Shown here in pieces: positions 37,576 through 49,601 of a stretch of 64,000 bases of DNA. This DNA comes from Phyllobates terribilis (lineage: Eukaryota). Location of the stretch: assembly GCF_046119375.1 (NCBI RefSeq), contig NW_027362762.1, forward strand, positions 741,086,001 through 741,150,000, read 5' to 3'. Made by a program: the position numbers and the translations under genes. The first letter of the stretch is position 1; each line of letters opens with the position of its first letter. The notes beneath the pieces are model-generated. The model was not told the DNA's origin, did no database searches, and saw only the letters and a program-made list of their open reading frames with translations.

Positions 37576-40360
37576 TTAACTTTCAAGTTACAGAAACAGC
37601 GTTGGTCGCCATGCTGCGCTGACTCCTACAATAACCACCTCCTGCAGTCGGAGCCGGACAGAGTTATACCCGTATCTGGCATGAAAGGCTGAGATTGGAA
37701 TACCTCTTTAAAAAGTTTTATTTGTTTCTTGGAATATCTTGCTCTGTGAATATGACCCTTGTCATTATTGTTATGAGAGACACAAGGTAATTGTATTTTG
37801 TTTTAACGCGGATTTAATAAATCTGCCATTGGTAGAAGTCAAGTCTGGAGCTGACACAATAAAACTGGTATTTTAAATGGATGAACTAGGGATTACTCTG
37901 CTCATTGCCTTGCCGTGGGTATTATAGCTATTTAATGTAGATTGTGCCCTACGGGCATGGTTATCTCAGTTTGGAACCTTTCCTAGCTGTAAATATAGTC
38001 TATTCTTAAGGCAATGATTGTCAGTAGTAGCCAAAATGACGACGTCTGTAGACTGCAAATTGCCCTTTCCCAGGAATGTTGTTGTTCTGCTCACCTCGTA
38101 CATCACAGCATGTTTCATGATCTAGAGGTAATCACTTTCATCTAATCCCAGTTCAAGTCCTTGCCTGTATAATACACAACATAATGGAACTGTACAAGTT
38201 TTGATGTAATGTATTTAATATCAATTATTTTACCTTTTTTTTAGGACAAGATTAAACCAGAAAAACAGTAGCAATTTTTTTATAGGGGAAAGGAGAGAAC
38301 AGTGTATGCGGCATGAATAACATGTTAGCTGTATACTGCAGGTCATTACGATTACAGCGGTAATAATTTTAGAGCTTTTGTTTCACTACTTTTATCAATT
38401 AACAATTCTGCTCCAAACATTGCAGACATGCTTGTCTAGTTTAGGCCCGTGCCTTCCATAGCTGGCTATTAGCTCCCGGATATCAGACTACACAGATGGG
38501 GGTGACAGAGAGAGTCCCTTTCTTCTGTCTAATCACTTAGACGCCATCGTTGCTATTGACAGTGGCATCAATGGGTTAAATGGTCGGTGACAGCAGTTAG
38601 TGTTGAGTGGATTGGTCTTGGCACATATAGGCAATTTCATCTTTTCTACTTTGCTGAGCTGTATTACATCTGTCATGATGAGGCATGGATCCACCATGAC
38701 CTTCTAATCTAGTTGGAAATTTTTTATTGGATTGACATTTAGATACAGCAGAACAATATCGTAACTTTCTCGTTATGGTGGAGTTTACGGTCTTGCTGTA
38801 AAGCGAATTCTAATTCTCTTCCAGACCGCAGCATATTTTCCCCTTTATCACTGAATTTATTCCAGCTCTAACTGAAAAACTACTGAGACTCACACCTGCT
38901 AAATCGACATCATGGCTGCACTTGAGATTAGAGGAGACCTATGGCAATGTTGTGGAGGACCCACTGTAGGGTACTTCTGCATGTGATGATTTCAAAGGGT
39001 CAATAGTGAAGAAATGTATATGTGGGGAACAGAGCACACAATATGGTGATACCCTATGGAGAGTGCTGGTTACGCTCTCCTGGAGGAGTTGTGACAGGCC
39101 CATCTCCTATATAGGCATAAAGAAAAAACAGCTGCTGCCCCGGGGCTGGTGGAGAGGTCCTCCAGGAGATACTGGATCCAGTTGGATAACACACTTTCGA
39201 TGGGTTGCGCTGCTGGAGTCATCAAATTCTTCAACTAAGATGATAAGGTGTTTTTTTTTTTTTTTTTTTTTATTATTCAAAACACATTTCAATGACATGC
39301 TTACAGTGTTGAAAGAGGTTGTGAATGAAAAAAACACATTATCATTGTTGAAGAATGATGACTCCAGCAGCGCAGCCCATTGGACGTGTGTTATCGAAAG
39401 GGTCAATAGCATCAGACTAGTAGTGACATGTCCCCTTGAAAGCCTGTGATATTACAGGTGAGTTAACATACCAAACCTCATAAAATGTAAGGGAATCTGT
39501 CACCAGATTTTGCGAACTAATCCGAGAGCAGTTTGATATAAGGTCAGAGACCCTGATTTCAGCAATGTGTCACTTACTGGACTGCTTAGTGTAGTTTTTT
39601 GTACAACTCACTGTTTTATTACTAGAGGACTAGTAAACCTGCTGCCAAGTAGTCAAGAATTCCCTTTAAGTATCCACTTAATGCAGGGGTGCACAACATT
39701 TTTTGGTCCAAGGGCCACATTAATACACCATCAGAACCAAGTTTTGACTATTTGAGAAGGATTTGGAGAGTTTCTGCTCAAATGCTGCTCCAAAAAATTG
39801 TGTGAACACACCCAAACTTACACTGAGGTTTTGGAGCAGAAACTCAACCAAATCCTCCACATAATCTCAAAACTAAGTAACGCCCCCACTTTGTCATTCT
39901 CCGTAATGTCCCCCACACACTGCCCCTTTCCGTAGTGTACCCAAAGCTGCCCCTCTCCAAAATATGTCCCACATTGCTCCTATGCATGCTGTGCTGCCTT
40001 CTCAATTCCCCTTCCCCTGTTGCCCCATAAGGTACCCTCATAGTAACACTACCCTCATAGTAACACCAACCCCCATCCTCCCTCCTATAATAGTATATGT
40101 AATCTTTTGCTCCTCCTGGAGTGCTTACTGTTTCCAGCTGCTTTCTTGCGACCTCTGCACTGCGGCGCCAGCAACAGCAGCAGTGTGATGAGGGCAGCAG
40201 AGTAATGACCTCATCGCCGCTTCATGTCGGGGCAGGGGATATCGAGCGTTGATCTGCTCCTGTCCTGGCGGCAAAGTGGAAGATGAGAACTGGAGTCTCA
40301 CGGTTCTCCACGGGCCGCACAACGTCCTTTGGCGGGCTATACATTGTGCAGGCCTACTTC

Positions 40361-40460
40361 CATAGTTACGTAGGTTGAAAAAAGACTTGGGTCCATCAAG
40401 TTCAACCTTTCTCCACTAATTATACATTCTTTGTCACTAAACTACCTATAACCCACAATA
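40361..40460 (-). mobile_element. CR1-type LINE 3' tail
   Basis: Minus strand ggttgaacttgatggac...tcttttttcaacctacgtaactatg, the typical amphibian CR1 terminus. Confidence 0.65.
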
Positions 40461-40904
40461 TAATACTACCTCAAAAGGGTTGTGCACCATTGGGGACAAT
40501 TTTTTTTGCTTACCTAAAGAGGTTATCCACTACTTTAGTATTGAAATCTGCAGCAAAAACGCTGAAAGGATGGACATGCTCCAGATTTTTAATATGCAAG
40601 TCAAGAATAAGCAACGTGTGCATGAGACTTCAGTGTTCTCATTCAATTTGTTGGCGTCAGGAAAACATTCGGGTTTTCTGTGCAGAAAAAAAAGTGGCAA
40701 ATGTGCAACTTGTGCACGTGCCATTACTAATTGACAGGGAGTATGTAACTTTTTATCTGTCTTTTTCTAAGCTCTTCTCAGCTGTTTTCTGACCACAAAT
40801 CTCATCAAAGTTGAATGTACAGAGAGAAAAAAGCCTATAATAGTAAAACAGTGCACATTTTGTAATGGGACCCAATTGCAAAAATGTATTTTTAGCCCCC
40901 AAAA

Positions 40905-43817
40905 CAATTCTCAACATAAATGACTACACCCCCTGTGAAAAGTAAGATTTTACTCAATATATCACTAAACAAAAGAATAATTTCCAAAATTTTGACAAGA
41001 CTGAGTTTCATAGAACAATTGTTTAACTCATAATATGAAAGTAAGGTTAATACTATAATTTTCATTACAAAATCTTCAATTTTACACAAATTAGTTGATA
41101 CAAAAATGAATACACCCCACATCATAAATTGCTACATCTAGTATTTTGTATGACCTGCATGATTTTTAAGTCTTCTAGGCATGGAATGAACAAGTTGGTG
41201 ACATATTGCAACATCTCTCTTTTTCCATTCTTCAAGAATGACCTCTTTTAGAGCCTGGATGCTGGATGGAGAGTGGTGCTCAACTTGTCTCCCATAGGTG
41301 TTTGGTTAAAGACGCTGACCCACATAAGGACACTGCCACCACCATGTTTCACTGTGACTATCATGCATTAAGAAAAATGAATTTTGAAAAATGGATGATT
41401 ACTATGAAAATTTGTTCTATGAAACTCGGTCCACAATTTTGGAAATTGTTCTTGTGTTCATTGACATATTGATTAAAATCTTACTTTTCAAAGTTTATTG
41501 TTTTATTTTTAACATTGTTTTTAAATTTTTAATTATTGTTATTTGTTTAAATGGTGTTTACTTTTCTCTTTCTAGTACTGTCGTATGTATTTTCCATATG
41601 GTAGTTCCCTTTAACCTCTATTTGAAGAACGTATGTGGACGATTTTGCTATTCATGGATGATAAAGATCTATCTTGACGGGATAGAATTTAGTCAAAGAT
41701 GCACTACATTTCAAGGACCACAAGCAAATTAACTATGAAGACAATTGATCTATCTACATACCACTGGAATGAACTAATATTGATATGTGATATGTGTAAT
41801 ATTGGATACTTTTTCATATTTATAGGTGGTTATTTATGTAAGTGCATCCACACAGCCACTGAAAGGGGTATTTTTAATACTTCCCCTCCGTTCGGGCAAA
41901 GGTACCATGCCCTTATGGATGGGAGTGCCCCTATTGATATTTATTATTTTTTTCTGTGTCGGTGCAGGGTTCCCCCTCTCTTTCCTCCCCCTTACCCTGT
42001 CTCTAATATGTCGGGTAATATATACATAATGGGTAATTTATATTGTTATTTGCATTGAGACATTCAAAAATGTTATATATGTAGCAATTGTTGGGACTTT
42101 TTGCCTTTCAGGGATATTGTGGTCCTTGGTACATACTAGTATTAGTGTATTAGACCCTTTGGGGTAATTTTTTTTGATGGGTAACATAGGTATTAATGTT
42201 TTGAATTAGGAATCCCTGGGGTTGTTTTCTGTGCCTTGGGAGTATATTTGTATCTTGTTCCCATGGCGATGTGTGGGGTTCAGGTGGTAGTGTGGTTTAT
42301 GGCCCCTATTCTTTACGGTATGGATCCTTGCGAAAGGTAATGTCTCGACGCGAGAATACGCTTATGTCGTTACCTAGGGTTACGCGGTATATGTGCATTG
42401 TTTTTTCATCTGTACGCCCCCTTGGGTTGGTCCGATGGCTAGTGGAGGTGTCCCTTTCCCTGGGCCTTCGTGGACATGCGCACTGGGTGTCTAGCTGTCA
42501 TCGCTATGTGCGCATGCCCAGTCTGGATATTACAGGCTTCGTGGTGAGCAGTACTGAGACGTAGCGGAAGGTCCGCTCACGTGATCTCAGGGGGCGGTCT
42601 TTATACAACAAGCTCCTTACAGGCTTCGTGGTGAGCAGTACTGTGACGTGGCGGGAGTCCGCTCACGTGATCTCAGGGGGCGGTCTTTATACAATAAGCT
42701 CCTTATTGGGTGTTTGACGACATAGCAGGGGTTCCCATAACACACGATGGAGGGGGTGTTTCGCCGCCGGGTTGATTAAGCGTTCATTAACTTCACACAC
42801 CGGGACAGGCATAATGAACCAGTCTACACCTATCAGTGTGAGGGTTAGGGAGAATCGTCTGGTTGGTTTATTTGTTGTGCTTGACTATTGGACAGTATAC
42901 ACTATTTAAACAATACCGTTGGTAATGATGTCACACCCCCGGAAGAAGGCACAGCGCCGAAACGCGTGTAGGGGCGATTGCACCATAGACTGATACCTAG
43001 AAGTGAGTATTGTGAGGTTATCTGAATGCCATTTAGATGTAGGATTGTCTCCTTTCTTATTACTATGCATATTATTGCACTGTGCATGTCATATTACCTC
43101 ACATTTATCAGACGACTTAGCTTTACAAGGTTTCCTTTTTTCTTAATAAGGTCCATTACTGGGTCTATTTTTGTCTGATGTTTACCATTGGAATTTATGC
43201 TCATTTTGTTATCTACTTTGGTGCTTTCTTATTATTTTTTTTTGCCTCATTATTGATACTTGTTGCCATGCTTTTATCTATATGTCTTTTTTGATTTTTT
43301 TAATAATGATTAAATAAAATTTTGTATTTTATGGATACTGTTCGCTCTACGTCTCTTTTTTCGTTTGATATACTTCTCTATTGACGTTGAACAGCGTTAT
43401 GGTTAGGTCCATCTGACTTAATTTATGTATGATCCTAATGGTCAGATATGTTGCATGATTTTTAAGTCTTCTAGGCATGGAATGAACAAGTTGGTGACAT
43501 ATTGCAACATCTCTCTTTTTCCAATCTTCAAGAATGACCTCTTTTAGAGCCTGGATGCTGGATGGAGAGTGGTGCTCAACTTGTCTCCCATAGGTGTTTG
43601 GTTAAAGACGCAGCCCCACATAAGGACACTGCCATCACCATGTTTCACTGTGAGTATCATGCATTTAGAAAAATTAATTTTGAAAAATGCATGATGACTA
43701 TGAAAATTTGTTCTATGAAACTCGGTCCACAATTTTGGAAATTGTTCTTGTGTTCATTGACATATTGATTAAAATCTTACTTTTCAAAGGGGGTGTACTC
43801 ATTTATGCTGATCACTT
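40905..43817. mobile_element. Internally deleted Tc1 with ~250-bp TIRs, split by a PLE-like insertion
   Basis: Ends cataaatgactacacccc / ggggtgtactcatttatg; a minus-strand TVKH..GSV..WG remnant (taaggacactgccaccaccatgtttcactgt) lies in the duplicated part. Confidence 0.75.
41494..43451 (+). mobile_element. Penelope-like element remnant (pLTR with hammerhead-like motif, 87-bp tandem duplication)
   Basis: ctatttaaac...ccccc ggaagaa GGC acagc GCC GAAA cgcgtgta gggg at 42936-42974; T-rich tail with AATAAA; flanked by a 338-bp direct repeat. Confidence 0.55.
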
Positions 43818-44741
43818 TATATACATATACATAATGAACCCTAAAGAAGGACAATCCATTTAACGTTGCTAAACAATGAGGACTATGTATTATCTATTAG
43901 TAGATGTGCAAATCATATCTCTCTCTTTGCTCAGAGTTTTGGAACAATTTTTCATTCTTGTGTAATTTACAAATAAAACCTAAATTATTATTTTTTTTAC
44001 AAACCCTAGTATAACCCCACCCATATATTTTCTGAGAGTAAAGTTAGCATATTGTTAAAGGAGTTGGCCACTACTTCACAAGTACTTTCACGTGAACTAA
44101 CCCCCTAGATAAGATCTTTATTAAATATCTTGCTTTCTCAAATCCTTCTGTAACCTCAGCTGCTCTTTTGGTCACATGATCTTTGGCTGAGAATCCTGAC
44201 TTCCTGTCACCTCATGTCAAAATCTCCCTGAGGTCCTGGCTCTGGAAACACAGGTGCGTGTGGCTTACTGTGTGGTTGGGCTGGGCTTGATTCAGCAGAG
44301 GTCACACTGCTCCTTTCATGCTGCTGCAGCAGTAGTGATGGGTCACTTGCATCACTTGGCACAGCTCACCAAAAAGACCCAGCCTGGAATTTCTCTGTTT
44401 TTGTTTGGAGGATTTGCATCCATTCATGTAAAGAACAAGCTTACAACTGTGAACATTTATTTTTCTTTTTATTATGAAACAAACAAGAAATAGGACAAAA
44501 TAACAAACTTCAGTGTGCATAACTATTCACTCCCTAAAAGTCAGTACTTTGTAGAGCCTCCTTTTCTGACAATTACAGATGTAAGTCCCTTTGGATAAGT
44601 TTCTATGAGCTTTCCACATCTTGCCACTGGGATTTTTGCCCATTCCTAAAAGCAAAACTGCTCCAGTTCCTTCAAATTAGATGGTTTTCTCTGATGAACA
44701 GCAATATTTAAGTCTGACCACAGAATCTCAAATGGATTAAG

Positions 44742-46335
44742 CCTTAAGGACCGAGCCACTTCGTAGGTTAATGAATGAGCCTCAATTTTAAAATTTGACC
44801 AGTGTCACTTTATGAGGTAATAACTCTGTAACGCTTCAACAGATGGCAGTGATTCTGAGATTATTTTTTTTGTGACATATTGTACTTCATGATAGTGTTA
44901 AAATTTGTTTGATATGACTTGCGTTTATTTGTGAAAATATCGGAAATTTGGCGAAAATGTAGAAAACTTAACAATTTTCAAACTCTTAATTCTTATGCCC
45001 TAAAACCAGAGTTATATCACACAAAATAGTTAATAAATAACATTTCCCACATGTCTACTTTACATCAGCACAATTTTTGAAACATAATTTTTTTTTCTTA
45101 GGAAGTTAGAAGGGTTAAAAGTTCTAATTTTTACATACAACAAAATTTACAAAACCATTTTTTTAGGGACCACATCAAATTTGAAATGACTTTGGGGGGC
45201 CTAGAAGACAGAAAATACCCAAAAGTGACATCATTCTAAAAACTGCACCCCTCAAAGTCCTCAAAACCACATTCAAGAAGTTTATTAACCCTTCAGGTGC
45301 TTCACAGGAATTAATGCAATGTGGAAGGAAAAAATGAACATTTTACTTTTTTGCACAAAAATTTTACTTTAGCCCCAAATTTTTTCATTTTGACAAGGGT
45401 AACAGTAGAAAATGGACTTCAAAATTTGTTGTTCAATTTCTCCGGAGTAGAGCGATACCCCATATGTGGGAAAAAACTACTGTTTGGGCGCATGGCAGGG
45501 CTTGGAAGGGAAGGAGCACCTTTTGACTTTTTGAATGCAAAAATGGCTGGAATCGAGAGCCGACACCATGTTGCGGTTGGAGAGCCCCTGATGGGCCTAA
45601 ATAGTGGAAACCCCCATAAGTGACCCAATTTTGAAACTCGAAGCCTCAAGAAAAGTATATAGATGTGTGATGAGAACTTTGATCCCCCAGGTGCTTCACA
45701 TAAGTTTATAACGTATAGCCATAAAAATGAAAGATAAAATTTTTCCCACAAAAATGTTCTTTTAGCCCCAAATTTTTTATTTTCACACAGGAAAATGGGT
45801 AAAAATGGCACCAAAATTTCTCACACAATTTCTGCTGAACGTGGAAGTACCTCATATGTAATTATATAGTACTGCTTAGCCACACGGCGAGAATCCAAAT
45901 GAAAGGAGCGCCATTTGCCTCCTGGTGCGCAGATTTTCCTAGAATAGTTTGCGGACTCCATAAACAGAGCCCCTAAGTGCTAGAAGAGCAGAATCCCCCG
46001 TCAAGTGACCCCAATTTGGAAATTATACCCCTGCTAAACATGTGGATGCTAAATGTGGTTTAGGCACACTGTGGGGCTCAGAAGGGAGAGGGGCATTTGG
46101 ATTTGGGAGCGCAGAATTCGCTGAATTCCTTTTGGGGGGTGAGGAGCCATTTCGCTTTTCTAGAGCCTTTGTACTACCAGTAATGTGGAATCACCCTATA
46201 TTTCCATTGACAGATGACGGACCTGAGTAGAGACTTGCCTTTTTTTGTGGATTGATTTGAAGCTTTTGTTAGGAACATTTTACATAACATTTTGGATCAC
46301 ATTTATCCGGCTCTGTACGCTGAGCACTTACGTAT
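44742..46335. mobile_element. piggyBac-like non-autonomous element, left part
   Basis: TTAA (44738-41) insertion into a Tc1 fragment; homologous to 51017-54300 and 16100-17040. Confidence 0.6.
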
Positions 46336-46893
46336 ATCGGGGTTTCTAGAAATGCAGCAAAGGAGATCATTTAAAACATAACTTTTACTAATATATTATT
46401 AAAAGTAACCACATACAATACCAAAACACTAAGTGTTCTGGACTAAACTTTAAAAACAAACAAAAGTGAACAAATATGTAGTGGCAACCAGGTCATTTGT
46501 TTACCATGGCAATATCTTGCCAGAATAGGTCACGGTACACATATATTTATAGTAATGAACTATTTGATGGAATTTCTCTAATGTGGTAGCCTGGATACTC
46601 ATAAATGAAAGAATGTCCAGATGCTATACACAGAAAAAATGGTATTCACAACAAGCACTGAAATAAAGGAACAGTCTCACCCATATCTGATGTTTTTTTT
46701 GTACAGTGAACTGTATTCCAGGCCTTAGGACATCCGTCATAGAAATGCCAGTATCAGAGGGAATCAGGCAGGAGACAGGAGGAGGCCCTATTATACCCTG
46801 TCAGGGTTACTCTGACTCCAGACTCCTGCCCTTACAAGGGCAGTCCACAGCTAGCCCTCTCCATAATTATCCCTGTTATAAAGGTACGTGCGT

Positions 46894-46930
46894 CTCCTGC
46901 CGCGTTTCTCCCTCAGGTTCCTCAGGGGAG
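46894..46930 (-). ncRNA. Degenerate minimal hammerhead ribozyme motif (PLE-derived)
   Basis: Minus strand ctccc CTGAGGA aCC tgag GGa GAAA cgcg gc aggag: perfect CUGANGA core and GAAA, but a mutated cleavage triplet. Confidence 0.5.
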
Positions 46931-46997
46931 TGATGGTGCACGATACAGAGATATCTACCCCACTTTCCCAGTGGTGGTACAAATGGTCTAGCATATA

Positions 46998-47627
46998 CAG
47001 TGGGTACGGAAAGTATTCAGACTTGTGTTGCGCGAGTATGTTCTATTAACCCTTTCGCCGAGTATGCTCGGGCCGAGCTCCGAGTATTTATAGCTGCTCG
47101 GTGATATGGTTGAATCGCTCCTGTGTGCATGATTTGCGACTGTTTGACAGTTTTATTACATGTGAGGAATGTCTATTTCTTACTCATTCCTCACATGTAA
47201 TAAAGCTGTCAAACAGTTGCAAATCATGCACACGGGAGCGATTCAACCATATCACCGAGCAGCTGTAAATGTTCGAAGCTCGGCCCGAGCATACTCGGAC
47301 AGAACATACTCGCTCAACCCTTATTCAGACCCCTTTAATTTTTTCAGTCTTTGTTTCATTGCAGCCATTTGGTAAATTCTAAAAAGTTCATTTTTTTCTC
47401 ATTAAAGTACACTCTGCATCGCATCTTGACTGAAAAAAATCAGAAATGTAGAAATTATAGAAATTTTTGCAAATTTATTAAAAAAGAAAAATTTAAATAT
47501 CACATGGTCATAAGTATTCAGACCCTTTGCTCAGACACTCATATTTAAGTCACATGCTGTCCATTTCCTTGTGATCCTCCTTGAGATGGTTCTACTCCTT
47601 CATTGGATTCCAGCTGTGTTTAATTAA
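46998..47627 (+). mobile_element. Tc1 left end (TA|cagtgggtacggaaagtattcagacc) interrupted by a hAT MITE and truncated by a TTAA insertion
   Basis: TIR and DR aagtattcagaccc at 47011 and 47511. Confidence 0.75.
47023..47322. mobile_element. 300-bp hAT MITE
   Basis: Perfect 8-bp TSD ATTCAGAC (47015-22 / 47323-30); almost fully palindromic. Confidence 0.85.
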
Positions 47628-49025
47628 CCCCTTTAAAGCCCAAGACGTACTAATACGTATCTGCGCCCTGGGCTTTAAGAGCCTGATACATATTAGTGCA
47701 TCTTTGCGATCACGCCCGTACACAGGCTGTGCGGGCGCGATCGCCGCCGAGTGTCAGCTGATTGTCACAGCTGACACCCAGTGCTATGTGCAGCATAGCA
47801 GCATCGCAAGAGCAAGGGGAGGTGATCGCGATACTCACCTCTCCTGCCGGCCTCCAGCGCTGTCTGACGCAGCTTCTCGGATGTTGCCATGACGACCTGA
47901 TGTCGTCATGACAACATCCGGGTCACCAGACAGCAGGAAGATATTTTGGTCATGCGCAGTGCATGACCAAAGTATATTCTGCATCTGCAGCGCTGACAGC
48001 CTGTATAGGACAGGGATGGTGTTGTATTCCTGTGCTATACAGGCGATCAGAATAAAAAAAGTGAAAGTCCCATAGTGGGACAAAGTATAAAAGTAAAAAA
48101 AGTGTCAGAAAGTGAAAAAAAAAAAAATTGTAAAAATATTTTTTTTAAAAATAAAAAAAATTATGCAATAAAAAATAAAAATGTACCCATCAATAAATAT
48201 TATTATGAAAAAAACAATAAAAGTACACATATTTGGTATCACCGCGTCCGGAACGACCTGACTTCTAAAATTGTCCCACAAGTTAGCCCCTCCAATGAAC
48301 ACGGTAAAAAAATAAATAAATAAATAAAAGCCGAAGCAAAAAACAATGCTTTATCATACTGCCAAACAAAAAATGGAATAACACGCGATCAAAAAGACGA
48401 ATATAAAAAAAAATGGTACTGCTGAAAACGTCATCTCGTCCCGCAAAAAACAAGCCGCCATACAGCTCCATCAGCCGAAAAATAAGTTATAGCTCTCAGA
48501 ATAAAGCGGTGCAAAAAATATTTTTTTCTATAAAATAGCTTTTATTGTGTAAAAGCGCCAAAACATAGAAAAACAATATAAATGTGGTACCGCTGTAAAC
48601 GTACTGACCCGAAGAATAAAGCTGCCTTATAAATTTTACCACACGCGGAACAGCATAAAAAAATTAAAAAAAAAACAATTCCTGAATTGTTGGTTTTTAT
48701 TTATTCTGCCTCCCAAAAATCGGAATAGAAAGCGATCAAAAAATGTCACGTGCCTGAAAATGGCACCAATAAAAAATGTCAACTCATCCCGCAAAAAACA
48801 AGCTGTCACATGACTTTGTCGGCCAAAATATGGAAAAATTATAGCTCTCAAAATATGGCGATGCAAAAACTAGATTTCACAAAAAAATGCGTCTTTTAGT
48901 GTGTGACAGCTGTCAATCATAAAAACCCAATATGATTCTGGTATCATTGTAATCGCACCGACCCGAAGAATAAAGTCGTCTAATCACTTACACCGCACGA
49001 GGAACGGCGTAAAAAATAAACTCTC

Positions 49026-49256
49026 GGGTTAGGGTTAGGTTTGTGCTAGGGTTAGGGTTATGGTTGGGCTAGGGTTGTGCTAGGGTTAGGCTTGGAGTTA
49101 GGGTTGGGGTTATGGTTGGGCTAGGGTTGTGCTAGGGTTAGACTTGGAGTTAGGGTTGGGGTTATGGTTGGGCTAGGGTTGGGGTTAGGGTTGGGCTAGG
49201 GTTAGGGTTGGGGTTGGGGTTGGGCTAGGGTTAGGGTTGGGGTTGGGGTTAGGGTT
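49026..49256 (+). repeat. Degenerate telomere-like (TTAGGG/CTAGGG/TTGGGG)n tract
   Basis: About 38 hexamer variants with a higher-order ~60-bp duplication. Confidence 0.9.
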
Positions 49257-49302
49257 GCGATTTTTTTCAAAAGTAAAAAAAAAAAGATGACGATATGGCG
49301 AC

Positions 49303-49601
49303 TAGTGTTGAGCACAAGTGCTGGCTACCTGAGGTTGCATCGGGTGCTTGGGTATGCACTGCGTATCGCGGGTGCTCAAGTGACATGCTCGAGTCTCCGC
49401 CCCATATGCTTCGCAGCCAAAAAAAACTTGCGGGGATTGCCTGCCATGCACGAGCGATCCCCGCATGTTTTTTTTGGGTGTCTAATAACCGTGAAACATG
49501 CGGGCGGGGACTCGAACAGGTCACTCGAGCACCCGTGATACATGGTGCATACCTGAGTACCCGATGCAAACTCAAGTAGCGAGCACTTGCGCTCAAGACT
49601 A
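49303..49601. mobile_element. 299-bp hAT MITE
   Basis: tagtgttgagc...gcgctcaagacta; degenerate 8-bp TSD atggcgac / atgacaac. Confidence 0.7.

Noticed and set aside
39355-39450. C/D snoRNA-like ATGATGA box
   Set aside because: No D box (CTGA) or terminal stem at a suitable distance; the motif is part of an inverted repeat.
41632-41643. YVDD in the PLE-like insert as an RT active site
   Set aside because: The surrounding frame is closed by stops and I could not find other RT motifs; it may be chance.
49026-49256. True telomere or chromosome fusion site
   Set aside because: The tract is degenerate, single-orientation, and embedded in a repeat with a homologous junction at 14700.
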